Assembly (NCBI GenBank): GCA_010909165.1
Contig: VJWM01000179.1
Location: 186,001-250,000 of the forward strand
Source: Anthoceros angustus
Taxonomy: Eukaryota; Plantae; Anthocerotophyta
Reading direction: 5' to 3'
Length of the DNA stretch: 64,000 nt
In this document: positions 11,304 through 23,172 of the stretch, one piece after another
How the letters are laid out: every line of letters starts with the position of its first letter
How positions within the stretch are numbered: the first letter of the stretch is position 1
Made by a program: the position numbers and the translations under genes
The notes under the pieces: generated by a model
What the model was told of the DNA's origin: nothing
Seen by the model: only the letters and a program-made list of their open reading frames with translations
Databases searched by the model: none

Positions 11304-13249
11304 ATGGTGCTGGCCGGGCAGGTAGCGGCAGGGCGCGCGTCCTACTCTCGCTGCAGCTGCTGGATCTTGAAGGTGAAGGCCAGGGAATGCGCAGCTCTGC
11401 TGCCCGGCAAGCTCTTGTCGTTGCGCGCCTTGCGGGGAATTCTCAAGCGGAGCTGCCTGGAGAGGAGGTCCCAGGGCGCGGTGTGGATTCCCCTCCCCCT
11501 CCCCCGCACGCAGCGCGCGGTGCCCGGATCGTGGCAGATCGCCCAATGCTGCTCGGGAAGTCGGGGGATCCACGGCGGATTGCGGGAGTATGGCCGCAGC
11601 GGTAGAGAGCGGTGGGCGGCGGTGTGGAATGGCTGGAGGCGGGGGATGTGCGTGGGGCGGGGCGGTAGGGTTTCAGCCGTGGAGTGCCTGGCGGAGGCGG
11701 AGGCGGCGGCGGCGGACAAGGAGGATGTGAGCTCTCTGCCGTGGCGGAGGCTGGGAAGGTGGAGGAGCTGGAGGAGCTGGTGCAGTATTTTGTTCGGCGG
11801 AGGATCTCGAGGAAGACGCTGGAAGCGGGCGGAGTGATGAGATATGGTGGTGCCATTGCGTTTTTGTATAAGCAGAGGGATGGGAGGATTGTGAACTGCA
11901 AGTTCCGGGACTCGAGCAAGAGGTTTTGGCAGGCGAAGGGCGGGAAGAGGATTCTGTACGGGTTGGACGGGCTGGAGAAGGATGCGAAGGAGGTGGTGAT
12001 CGTGGAGGGGGAGATGGACAAGTTGTCCATGGATGAGGCTGGGATCCCTAATTGCTTGAGTGTGCCGGATGGAGCTCCGGCTGTGGCGGTGGAGGCGGGG
12101 GTAAAGGATCCGACGCCGGGGGAGGACAGGGAGTTCGGGTACCTGTGGGAGTGCAGGGAGTTTTTGGAGAAGGCGACCAAGATCGTGCTTGCGACCGATG
12201 ATGACGAGCCGGGGCAGGCTCTTGCGGAGGAGCTGGCAAGGCGGCTAGGGCGGGAGCGGTGCTGGCGGGTGAGGTGGCCGGCGGCGGAGGGCGGGGTGAA
12301 GGTGAAGGATGCCAACGACATGCTGCGGCTGCTTGGGAAGGATGCGCTGCGGGAGGCGGTGAGGAAGGCGGAGATGATGCCGATCCGGGGACTGTTTCAC
12401 TACTCGGAGTTCTCGAAGGAGATTGATGACTACTACTACCTCCGGCTGGGGGATGAGCGGGGAGTGACCACGGGGTGGCAGGGATTGAACGACTTCTACA
12501 GGGTGGTGCCGGGGGAGCTGACGTTGGTGACGGGGGTGCCGAATTCCGGGAAGAGTGAGTGGATTGATGCGCTGCTCTGCAACCTTAACCAGCAGAGGAG
12601 GTGGACGTTCGCGCTGTGCTCCATGGAGAACAGGGTGCGGGAGCACGCCAGGAAGCTGCTGGAGAAGCGGATGGGGAAGCCCTTCTTCGACGCCACCTAC
12701 TCCAGGTCGGTGCCCAGGATGAGCCCGCAGGAGCTGGCCGCGGGGATGGCGTGGCTGGACGAGACGTTTGTGCTGATCCGGTGCGAGGACGACCAGCTGC
12801 CGTCCGTGGACTGGGTGCTGAGGCTGGCAAAGGCAGCCGTTCTGAGGCACGGGATCCGGGGCCTGGTGATCGACCCCTACAACGAGCTGGACCACCAGCG
12901 GCCCGGGGGGCAGACGGAGACCGAGTACGTGAGCCAGATGCTGACCAAGGTGAAGCGGTTTGCGCAGCACCACGACTGCCATGTGTGGTTCGTGGCTCAC
13001 CCCAAGCAGTTGGCTGCGTGGAAGGGGAACGCGCCTAACCTGTATGACATTGCCGGGAGCGCGCATTTCATCAACAAGTGCGATAACGGGCTGGTGATCC
13101 ACCGCAACCGTGACCCGGACAGTGGCCCTGTGGACGGGGTCCAGGTCCTGGTGAAGAAGGTCCGCAACAAAGCTGCCGGCACCATTGGCCAGGCCAATCT
13201 CGCATACGATAGGGTCACTGGACAGTACACGGATGTCGAACCACGTTGA
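11304..13249 (+). CDS. Twinkle-like organellar primase-helicase (T7 gp4-like), intronless; the N-terminal zinc-binding region is in a different frame from the TOPRIM-helicase ORF 11684-13249
   Basis: TOPRIM motifs (VVIVEGEMDKLS, SVPDGAP, IVLATDDDEPG, KDANDML), Walker A VTGVPNSGKSEW, and SF4 helicase motifs LVIDPYN, VWFVAHP and IAGSAHF. The upstream frame from ATG 11304 has a WAAVWNGWRRGMC remnant of the W-N-C-x-R-x-x-C zinc-finger motif. Confidence 0.93.
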
Positions 13250-13295
13250 ACCTTTCCTACCTACTCCCACGTCTCCCAGCCTTAAACCTTCAAAC

Positions 13296-13374
13296 GTTTG
13301 GCCTGCTGTCTCCCCGATATAAAATCCTTGCCAGGTTTTGCCTGCTGTCTCCCCAATATAAAATCCTTGCCAGA
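13296..13374 (+). repeat. Two-copy ~39-bp tandem duplication downstream of Twinkle
   Basis: GCCTGCTGTCTCCCC(G/A)ATATAAAATCCTTGCCAG occurs twice in tandem. Confidence 0.9.
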
Positions 13375-13777
13375 GTTACTGGCCTATCGGCAATTCAAGG
13401 GTGATTCCCTCTCATCCGGATTAAGCAGGCTTCTGGTCATGCCACTGGGCACTTTCGAAGCGAATGTTCCATTCGCGCCGCCCACGACTCCGGTCGCTGT
13501 ACTCTACAAATGCAACTCAACCTGCCGCGCAGCATAGTGCAGCAGCGCAACCCCCTGGTCCATGCATCACAGCTTGAAAACATGGCTATTGCTGTGGCCA
13601 CCTTGTGGTGGAAAGCAGCCTGCAGCTAACTAAGTCAGCCCGCCGGCCCGACGAATCCTCCCAATTGGTAACCAGCCGAGGGAAGGAACCCTCACGCACC
13701 CCGTCCGCTCGCCCGGCCCATGCATCCTCCCAACCAAAAAGTCTCGACAAGAATCTAAAAAATCAGCATTTGTGTAA

Positions 13778-13860
13778 TCCGACTTGCCGGATTCGAACCA
13801 GCGACCTAAGGATTACTGCTACTCTACAGTCCTCCGCTCTACCAACTGAGCTAAAGTCGG
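13778..13860 (-). tRNA. tRNA-Tyr(GTA) with a 10-nt intron
   Basis: Reads CCGACTTTAGCTCAGTTGGTAGAGCGGAGGACTGTAG[AGTAGCAGTA]ATCCTTAGGTCGCTGGTTCGAATCCGGCAAGTCGGA. The A and B boxes are intact, the intron is at the canonical 37/38 position, and a T6 Pol III terminator lies downstream. Confidence 0.97.
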
Positions 13861-16049
13861 ATGGTGAGATGAAACTTGTCATTAAATTAATTAACCTTTA
13901 ATTTATATTCTCTTCCTATAACCACGCACACCATTTTCATCATCATTGGCCCCTGATAACTTGCATGTCCAGGCTACTTACACCAAGGGGACCTCTCCTC
14001 TAGGGACCCATCCAGGTACCGACCGATCTATGCGCAGGGTGCTTAACAACGACATTGTTATAAAGGTCTGTCCATTTGGCGGCCTAAGCCATTTTGGACA
14101 CCATATAACCCAGTTTTGACATCCAACTGTTAGGCATCAAAATACGTCCAAGACGTGGGTGTTCACCCTTTCACACAGCTCACACGTCCTTCATACGTAG
14201 CTATTATGTGCTCGTGGGGAAAAGACCCAGTCACTCGTCCAACGAGGGCAAGGAGAGGCTCCGGAGCCTCTCCTCACAGGGAGACAGGTCTTTAATTAAT
14301 CACGAAACAACAAGATACTTGTAATCGATCACCTTGACTCCTTGTCCCGTGCTGCAGCGCAAGCAATGTGAATCATGACACTTGTGGTATCAGCGCTATC
14401 AAGCAGTGCTGAAACGGGGATATCTATAGAGTTCGCTATTAGACAAGGTTAGATATCTGTATGCAAATGTCATCCATAACAATCATCTAAGGTGATTTGT
14501 TTGGACCTTGTTGAGCACTCCTGTTCCGAAGATACCGTGGACACAAATGATCAGACTAAACCACCGACTGGCATATATTAGACAGCATAGAAGTTGTATC
14601 GGAGGCCATGTGTTTAGGCCTTCTCCTCACCTTGAGCTTTTTCAGTGTAAGGGTTCAAATAACTGAAAATACAAAGGGAAGAAAATCCCATAAACACAAA
14701 AATGACATCCAATGCTTTTCAAAACTATCTACAACCTTTGCCCAGAAACGTATGTTCCATGAAGCTGAGAGCGGGCAGAAGGAGGCTGGAACAGAGCAAG
14801 GAATAAAGAATGGTCACCAATCGGATCGGAAGGAAGAAGAAAGCGAAGGGAACGGAGTCCTGACGCTCCCTCGGCGAAATGCTGGGAAACAAAAAGGAAA
14901 CCTTAGAGTCTGAGATGAGAGCAGGGTCAGACGACTGAAGAGACAACTTATCCTTCAGGAGATGTTGAATCGTGGCGGCCGCTCCCCAGCACTGGATTTT
15001 GAGGATTCTGTGCATCAGCTAGAGTAGTATTAAGAGGTCGCACGTTAGGGTCAACAAGTCCACCTGCGACCTGTCCATGGATTCCACAACCATAGCAATC
15101 ACCTTGGAGCCGCCTTGGACCTGCTCTTAATCCACAATGATGTCCCGTGGGCCAAAAGCACAGCTGGCCTTAGCCTCTCCATCGTCCTTCATGATCTCAC
15201 AATCATCATGACGGTGTTTCTGATCAGCTAAGACTTGCAGGTCCATCGATTCCGCTATGATGGTAGCCAGCTTGGAGCCTCCTTGAGCACCGAACGTGTG
15301 GAAGACACAGGGGTGGATACCTTCCGGCTCAGGTTGACGGCCGCCGACGTGGAGCTCCTCTTCCGAGCTGATCTCCTGCAGCGTTTCAAAGAAATCGCCG
15401 GCCAAGAAGGAGAAAGCTGTTGCCACGTCCTTAGCACCTTCCTCCATCGCACAGGATTCACGCTCCTTCTCCATATGGACCCCCTCTGATAAATTCAAAT
15501 TTATAGACAGTCGAATGCTCACGCAAGATCGGTCTTAATTCCTGCACAAGTCTGCTTCGTGGTCCGCGGAGGAGGGTCCTTGTGTGTTGCCCAGTGGCGC
15601 CGAAAAGAATTACCAAACACACCACCAGCACCTCCAACTCCTCCTCGTGACAATCTGATTAATTCACAGACTATGGCTCAATTCCTGCACACATCGGCTT
15701 CGTTGTCCGCTGATGCGGGTGTTGCCAAGTAGCACCACTTAAAAAGACCAAACACAGCAGTGAGCCCTTGCAAACTTACTGACCCTAATTTATTTGGCTG
15801 AACTCTCGGTAATATATGCACCCCTTTCGTAAACCCACTGCAACATACTTATCACCATCTCGATAATAGCTTGGCGGAACTCTCGCTAAGATACAGTTTC
15901 TCAGTTCGAGAGCAGCGAGTCCGTTCTCGAGAATATCAGATGCTTGTTTAGTGGGTTTATGATTTGCTACTCGGCAGATGCTTTGGCGTAACTGGTGGAA
16001 GCCAGAATGAAGCAAAAGATGGAACGAGTATGGAAGTCCGTGCCACCGG

Positions 16050-16940
16050 AGTGACTGTACATGAATCGTATATCATCTGCTCCTGCGTGCAAATTCGCAG
16101 CATCGGCAACCACTCAGCCAAAACTTCGCAAGGATCGAACCTTGCACGTCATTCTAAGATCGGGGAAACATTACGTGCCTGCCTGACCAACTCGGCAGGG
16201 TGTGTACTGTGTCTACAGAAGTGTGCAGGCGCTGGAGGGACACGACGTGTGGAGCCGACGAACGTCAAAGCGGCAGCCAAAATGGTGCCGCAGGCGCAGA
16301 CTGTAATATATCCCCGATTCCCTGTTGCACAGTCCTGTGGGGCCTAATTAATGCAAATTTACACTTGCCCAGCACCAGTACTTTGCAAGACTGCGCTACA
16401 ATGGTACAGCACCTGGCCAGCTTCTTACTAACTGTGGTCAAAGCTCAGCCATTTCAACTGTTGGAAATTGCACCAGAAATAAGGGCTGATGTCCACAGCT
16501 GCTGAAATCGGAGGTACATCCTGGCACCAACCCTGCACACTTGCATTTCACCAGGCACATCAAGCTGGAAGAGATGATACTAGGCTCTCAGAATTGAAGA
16601 GCCAGTCGTCACCTTGAGGAAAGACGAAGAAGGTACTGATGTTGGGGTCACAAAATAGCCACCAGGTTATGATCAGAATTCAGGATGCGTGATGAAGTTT
16701 CACAAGTAAAGACTACGACTCCAGAAATTTACATCGTCTAACGAATTCGTTTGCTTACCTAATCCACGTACTTGGTCCCAAAGGGTCCCAATTCGGGAAC
16801 AGCAATGGATGCGTCCGCCACACAACACATTGGTGTGCACACCAGAGTAAGGACTGCCACTGGACAGCACTCTGTATCGGAGGCTGGGAGTCATGTCAAA
16901 CAGGCAAACTTGCAGTGTGTGCTTTGTACATTCTACATGT
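16050..16940. repeat. Copy 1 of a local dispersed repeat or segmental duplication (other copies ~18620-18985 and ~24040-24970)
   Basis: Shared blocks include GGGAAACATTACGTGCCTGC, CTGAAATCGG...CCCTGCA(C/G)ACTTGCA, AGCTGGAAG(A/G)GATGATAC and CATCGTCTAACGAATTCGTTTG. Confidence 0.85.
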
Positions 16941-16967
16941 GTGTATCACTATTCTACATTTGTTACC

Positions 16968-17192
16968 GTCCACCAGGCAACTACCGACATCCCTTATTGC
17001 CCTCCAGCCCTCCTTTCTGTATTTGCAGACGAAGATCCTTGCCCAGTTGGACAGCTCCAACGTTTGTGAATCTGGGAAACAAATGAATGTGGCAAAATTG
17101 CGTGCAGCGGTGCCCTCCTGCTGAGTTTCTGCATAAAGGGCTATGGTTTCCTCATTTGACCCGTGCTGGGCATATCCTGCTATGATAGGTGT
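16968..17192 (-). pseudogene. PLS-class pentatricopeptide repeat (PPR) gene fragment
   Basis: IIAGYAQHGSNEETIALYAETQQEG...ATF (P-type motif), then in a shifted frame NVGAVQLGKDLRLQIQKGGLEGN (L-type motif), then VGSCLVD. The fragment is frameshifted and isolated. Confidence 0.85.
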
Positions 17193-17261
17193 AACCTGCA
17201 AATATGATTATGATATTTGCAGGTTACAGTAGGCTATTAGTAGGGAATGATGGCTACCTGT

Positions 17262-18400
17262 CGATAAACCGCTCCAGAATTTATGAATTGGAGGGGATCC
17301 TTCACACAGCAGGGTCTGTACTTATGGCCAATGCATTGACAAACACGACTGTTTGGGCAGGAATGTCGTAGCCTGCTACCTTGTTGACCTCCACAGAAGA
17401 GTGAGGAACCAACAAAGACACAACTGGATGTAACCGGAGAGTCTCCTCCACTCTGGCTTTACGATACGTCAGTTTTAAAAGATCTGCTTCAGTAACCTGC
17501 CGGTAGCCGCTCACCACAGAATTCACCTCCTTTCCTGCTCTCTCCAAAGTTGCAGGATGTCGCAATAACTCAGCCATCGCCCATTCCGTAGTTACAGTGG
17601 CAGTTGTGTCGGCTCCAGCCAAAATCAAGTCCTTCAAATGGAAAATGTCGTCATTGCTGCCCTGGCTAACATGAAAGTTTCCTATATTCAGCCACACAGG
17701 TATGTAGCTCTCGGCTGGGGGCTTAGAGCGAGCTGTCCCTTCACAGAGTCGCTGGATAGCTGGTCTTCTTCATTCAACTGCAACAAGATGTCAAGATAGT
17801 CTTTTGCACTTCGATCGTTGCGGTGTTCCTCGATCGCAGCTGTGTAGAGTCGGTCCATCCACTTCGGATCCTGGGAATTCTGTGTTTGCCAGGATTCAAG
17901 TGGCCGAAAACGGACAGGCAGGGGATGCAATCCCGGAGCAGCTGGGTTGTGCTTAAAGCTGTTATATCTTTTATGAGACTGACGAAAGTTTCTGCGTCCC
18001 CAATTAACAACCTGTTCATTGGAGGTCCCAACAAGTCCCATTGATTTTTGTGTCGCTGGATCAGCATCGATCTACAAATCTCACGCTTTTCAGGATTCCT
18101 AGTCATGCATTATACGGATACGAACCAGTGCATCTGATTCGTGGCTCAAAAAGCAGCTGCGACTCCCTTGTCCTACATCCTGAAGGAATTAATGCTTGGC
18201 TTGATCTTGAGCAAGCTCAACCGGCACATTTCAAGAGTCGAATCTGACGCAGCACCAGACGATGCTCGTTAGACGACATTGCAGGACTCAGGAGCAGGTG
18301 ACTTACACGGGTTTTTCTGATGCAGAACTGGAAGGTAACATTTTCAGATACTTCAGTTCTGGAAAGCACCGAGATCTTTCCTTCCTGAAGGACACCGGTA
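17262..18400 (-). pseudogene. Cytochrome P450 (CYP71 clan) pseudogene
   Basis: I-helix DLILAGADTT..TEWAMAELLRHP, K-helix ETLRLHP, GYDIPAQTVVFVNALAI and DYLDILL are present. There are stops and frameshifts, and the sequence ends after a degenerate PERF with no heme-binding FxxGxRxC. Confidence 0.9.
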
Positions 18401-18619
18401 GGGAAGGGGCTAGGAAGTCTTTCCATGTCTCCAATCCTCAGAATTTACAGGAAAGCATTAAATCCCGTGATGTTTGTTACGGACGTCCCGGGTGCGATGA
18501 AGGCCTGACCCCAAGGCGATCCCATCCGTCTACAGATGCCACGCACAACACATGATAGCCGGTTCAACGTTCAACTGGGGCTCGTTATTCCTTTTTATTT
18601 CATCTCGACATTTTCCTTT

Positions 18620-18985
18620 CAGCACAGTGTGGGGCCTAACGCAAATTTGCACCTGCCCAGCACCAGTGCGTTCCAGGACTGCGCTACAAATAATACAGCT
18701 CTTGCCAATTGGCAAGTTGTTACCAACTCCGATGAAGCTCAGCCATTTGAATTGTTGCAAATTGCACCATAAACAAGGGCTCATGTACACAGCTGCTGAA
18801 ATCGGGGAACATCCACACCCCGACCCTGCAGACTTGCACTCATTCCCCAAGCAGCTGGAAGAGATGATACAAGGCTCTCATACTCAAGAAACAAAGAAGT
18901 TATTAATGTTGGGGGTTCAGAATTAAATAGGTAGTCATATATCAGCGTATGATCTATAGAATTCAAAACCGTGATGAAGTTTTAC
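18620..18985. repeat. Copy 2 (partial) of the local dispersed repeat
   Basis: GCACAGT..TGTGGGGCCTAA...TGCCCAGCACCAGT...GACTGCGCTACAA matches 16327-16400, and the similarity continues to GTGATGAAGTTT. Confidence 0.85.
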
Positions 18986-19941
18986 AAATAATGTAACCAC
19001 TCCCGTCTAATAAATTCTAATCTATATCATATTATCTTGATCGATATCTATCAAGAAAGATTCAATAATAGAAAACGCTTACAAATAGCATATTCATAGA
19101 GTAACAAAGAAAAAGTCAAACAAGTAGAATAACAAAGAAAAAGTCAAACAAGTAGAACAACTACAACTAGGATATTATGTATGATAAAATCATGGATATG
19201 AAACCTAAACCCTGAACCCTCATCACTTTGATCCCTTATCCCCGAACCCTAAGCTAATATATGATGGAATAGTGCTAGTGCGATTTGGTAGTCGTGTACA
19301 TTTTAAAATTAAAACTAATGTAAAAATCCTTGATCATAATAAAATATTTTTTTTTCTAGGGCATATGATATGATCTCAGATAAATTAATACTTTGATTCA
19401 AAATATAGAAAGTGCAAAAGTGTTACTACGCTGACCGAATACGGAGATAAAGGACAAAGGCTCGTGGAGATGTCATGTAGTTTTGCGCGGCACATGACCA
19501 GCTCGCTGATTCACTGGACTGAACCGATTGGGATCACACACTCTCTCATCAGGCGGTCGGAGTGGTTGGAAGAAAGCTGAAACACGCGTGCATACGGGCA
19601 TACGCTGGCGTCACACTCTTTCATCTGTTTGTTTCCAACAGAACTCTTCAAAATATCCTATCCAGACATTGGCTAACCTAGCTTACCTAGCCACACAAGC
19701 AGCACGGTAGATCCAGGAAGGAAAGGGGAGAGCGATGGTTGAAGTCACATCATACTTGTACTAGTCGCCTTGGCCAGGCCCGTCAATTGTGGTGAGTCAC
19801 GAACGGAGCAGCGCTCTAGCTTGTTGCTGGAGCTCTCTGTATACAGCAGCACTTGGTACAGACATATGTATGCCAGGCATTGTCCATCGGCTTTCTGAAA
19901 TGGACGCCAAGCCTAACAAGGCCTCTTCGTATGTAGAATGG

Positions 19942-20049
19942 CGTGTTTCATTCATGACACCCATGTCGTGTTTCATTCACAACACCCATGTCGTGTTTCA
20001 TTCACAACACCCATGTAGTGTTTCATTCACAACACCCATGTCGTGTTTC
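19942..20049 (+). repeat. Minisatellite, ~4 copies of a ~24-25-bp unit
   Basis: CGTGTTTCATTCACAACACCCATGT is repeated in tandem. Confidence 0.9.
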
Positions 20050-21686
20050 CTTTCCCGCGTCCTTGTGTCAGCCACCAGCATGTGTCTGTCAGGAAAAAGT
20101 CCGACGTCTTTATTACTGTCGTCAACAGGAATGCCCACCGAGCTTTGGCCATTGGGCTTCCTCGGTCCAGCGGCTAGTTGAACCAGCAGACAGACTCCTG
20201 TGCAGCTGCAGAAGAAGCTGCCTGGAGCTGGAACCGTTGGTTGCATCTGCAGTCCATTCGTCCATTCCGGCACCGCCGTTCCAGCCACGTCTCCAACAGC
20301 TCCAGGCTCGATGTTCTAATATAGGCGCGCCCTCGAATCAGGTGCCTCTGGAGTCTGCGAGGCTCTCTCTATTCCTTGGAATCCATGACGTCAACGCGCG
20401 CAGCCCATTCATAAATTCTCCCATCCCGCAAATCCGCCCGCATATCAGGCCGGCCTGTGCCACCACGCGCAAACAGCAACCCAGTACAGTAGGTGGGGAC
20501 TCCACCGACCATTACTGGGCACTTTTATCTGGATGCCATGCTATGCTATGCTATGCCATACGTGCAGAGCAGTATATGCCCATGCTGTGTTTTATGTGTG
20601 TATTCGACATACCTGAGCAGTGAGAACCGTTGTCACACCATGAGTGCCCGGCCTCAGATCTGGAGCCGGGCTCCAAGCTCGAGGCCGATAAAAGCCAAGC
20701 CAAGCAAGCCGAGCTAGGCGAGCGAGCAAGCAAGACAGTTCCAAGCCAGCCTGGTGGAATTGATGACTATGATGAGGGTGACAACGGCCGTGGCAGCCGG
20801 GCAGTGCCCAGCGGATAAGGTGAAAGTTATAACATATCTTATTAGGGCCGCTAAACAGCAGCCACGTAAGGTCGCCGTGGCATGTAACGGAACGGAACGG
20901 AACCGTTGGGGCAGGCTATCCGAATCACCATCCACCATCTGGCTGCAGCAGTGCGCTGCCAGCAACAGCTTTGCACGTACTGTATGTACAATACTGCACA
21001 CGTATCTTAATTTCTTGATAATCACGTCTCTTTCCGAGTTTTGTCGCCTGGAAAAGGCGAGCCAAGCTCGTATTTGATGTACATGTGTACATGTCTCGAG
21101 CCACGTGGGGCGTGCGGACAAGCTTCTCTCCCCTCGACGTCGCCTGCACGCAACTTGCCCTAACCCTAGCCCCGAGAGCCGAGCCGTGACCGGTGACCGG
21201 GAACTGGGAACCGGTAACCGGCAACGGCAACGGCAACTGGCAGGGTGGTCAACGCCGGAACGCCGCTACTGGACAGGGTAACTTGCACCGCGGTAAGAAG
21301 CCTGTCCGCACGCGCTTCTTACCAGCCAGCGCTGACGAACCGAACCCGGGGGCCGCGAGTCGCCATCGAGCAGAGGGCCGGGCGACCGGTCATTTCTTGG
21401 CCGACCGTAGGCAACGCCAGGGGTCTGGGACTGGAGATGCCACACTTGCATCCTCTCTCTACTCTCTCTCTCCGGGACGCTCCCTCCTCGCTGCCTTCCG
21501 ACGAGCTCCGCCATCCCCCGCGGAAGCCGACATAGCCCGGCGTCCGCCTGCTTGCCCCGCTTAATTTGTCGCTTCCCTGTTGGAAGGAAATTGTTTCCGC
21601 TCCGAGCATGGCGGGTGGAGGACACCGGACTTCTTCCTCTTGAAACCGTGACACCGGACTTCTACGTGCTGCCGGGGTCTGACACG

Positions 21687-23172
21687 ATGAGCGAGCTGGG
21701 CGAGGTTGGGAGAGTTCCGTCAGGGAGGCAATTGGGGAGCTGGGCCCTGTGTTTTTAAAACGCATGCAAATTGGGTGCGGGATGTCTCGGAAGGCCCGGC
21801 CCGCAGATGCGAGCGGCAGGAGGAAGGCTAATTCTCTGCAGTGCTGCATGTGCGGGGACGAGGGATTTGTGGATCAGCTCGGGAAATGTAGCGTCTGCGG
21901 CACCCGGTATCAGCACTTGTGAGTATGATGGATGCAGTCTTGATGCTCGTGGGGAAGCTTGGTTTGGCATGCCTTCGCTCTCTGACGTGCCTTGTTTGTT
22001 CTTCCCTCCTCTTGTGTGATCGATGCAGGTACTGTTGCGTGCAGCACAATCCTGAGGGAGTGGTGGTTCTGGATACGGGATGGCCGGACCCCTTCTTGTG
22101 TGACTGGTGCCGCCAAGTGACGCCCAGTGTGGTGGTTCCAGTGGCGTCTGCCGTGGAGAAGGCGGCGGCCAGGGAGAAGCTTGTCCCCAACGTCTACAGG
22201 CCCTGGTTGATGCAGGAGAAGAACGGCGGCGGTGTGGGTGCCGACGGGCTGGACTTTCTGGTGCAAGCGGCCCTGGATGGATCGCCTGCGGAGTCGTGCA
22301 ATCGGAGCCGGGACAGCAGCGGGGAGAATGCCAGCAACGAGGTGCGCAGTGCGGAGGAGAACTCCGCATGTGACACTCTTTCTTCTACCAGCACGATTGA
22401 GAGCGTGAGCGGCCATGGAGCTGCTGCTTGGCGGAAGCAGAGGCAGGGGCGGGCTGCGCAGGGGCAGGTGCAGGTTCAGGTTCAGGACAGGCTTCAGACT
22501 ACTACTGCTGACACGCTCAGTTCGAGCTCCAGCCACCAGGAGCAGATGAAGGGGTGTCAAGCCCTGGGTTCCGATGTGTCGGGTCCGGCTGCCGACGGCA
22601 TTGCCACCAAGGATGCCTGTCAGGGGTTCAATCGGTTGTCGATCAGCAAGGAGGGTGCTGGAGCGGAGGCGGCGGCTGCGAGCCGGGCCGTGTCCAACAC
22701 CCGTGCAGGGCCCAGCCCTGACATCTGGATGCCTCCTGTCAGGCTCATGAGGGGATTCAAGAAGAGCAACCATGTGGTTGCAAACAAGACGCTCGTGCAA
22801 GAGGAGAGCAAGCCCTCGGAATCGCCTCCCCCTGCTCCCAGGGTTCTGCTTAGAAGCCAGAGTTTGAAGGCCTTGTCTGAAAGGAAGCCCCCCCGCAAGG
22901 AAGGTCTGGAGAGGAGCACCAGCCTCCAGTCAGGGTCCTCCATCACTCGAAGAAAGCAGAAATTGCTTGAGAGTATCAATTCGGTGGCGCCCCCGGTCGT
23001 GGTTCATGGTGCAGGAAGTCGGATTCCGGAAGGTGACAAGAGTTTGCCAAGCCAGCTGCCATCTGTGAAGAGAATGAGAATCAGCAACGGTAGAGCGGAA
23101 GTAAAGGCGCCCGTGCCCCAGGGCTTGCTGCCGGTGCGCAGGTACAAGTCCTTGTCGGAGTTATCTTGTTGA
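21687..23172 (+). CDS. PHD-like zinc-finger protein (plant 'ECCMCGD...CDWC...RRYK' family, At3g60520-like), exons 21687-21704, 21842-21918, 22029-23172
   Basis: The spliced product is MSELGECCMCGDEGFVDQLGKCSVCGTRYQHLYC...FLCDWC, followed by a long disordered middle and the conserved C-terminal VRRYKSLSELSC. Confidence 0.88.

Noticed and set aside
11443-13270. Long antisense ORFs (292 and 341 aa) over Twinkle
   Set aside because: They are shadow ORFs caused by high GC3 codon bias on the coding strand.
19200-19252. Telomeric repeat array
   Set aside because: Only a few degenerate AAACCCT-like units are present, which is too short to call.
19780-20820. Short ORFs (e.g. 19988-20623, 19998-20288, 20630-20818) as genes
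   Set aside because: They have no recognisable motifs or splice-consistent model and partly run through a minisatellite.
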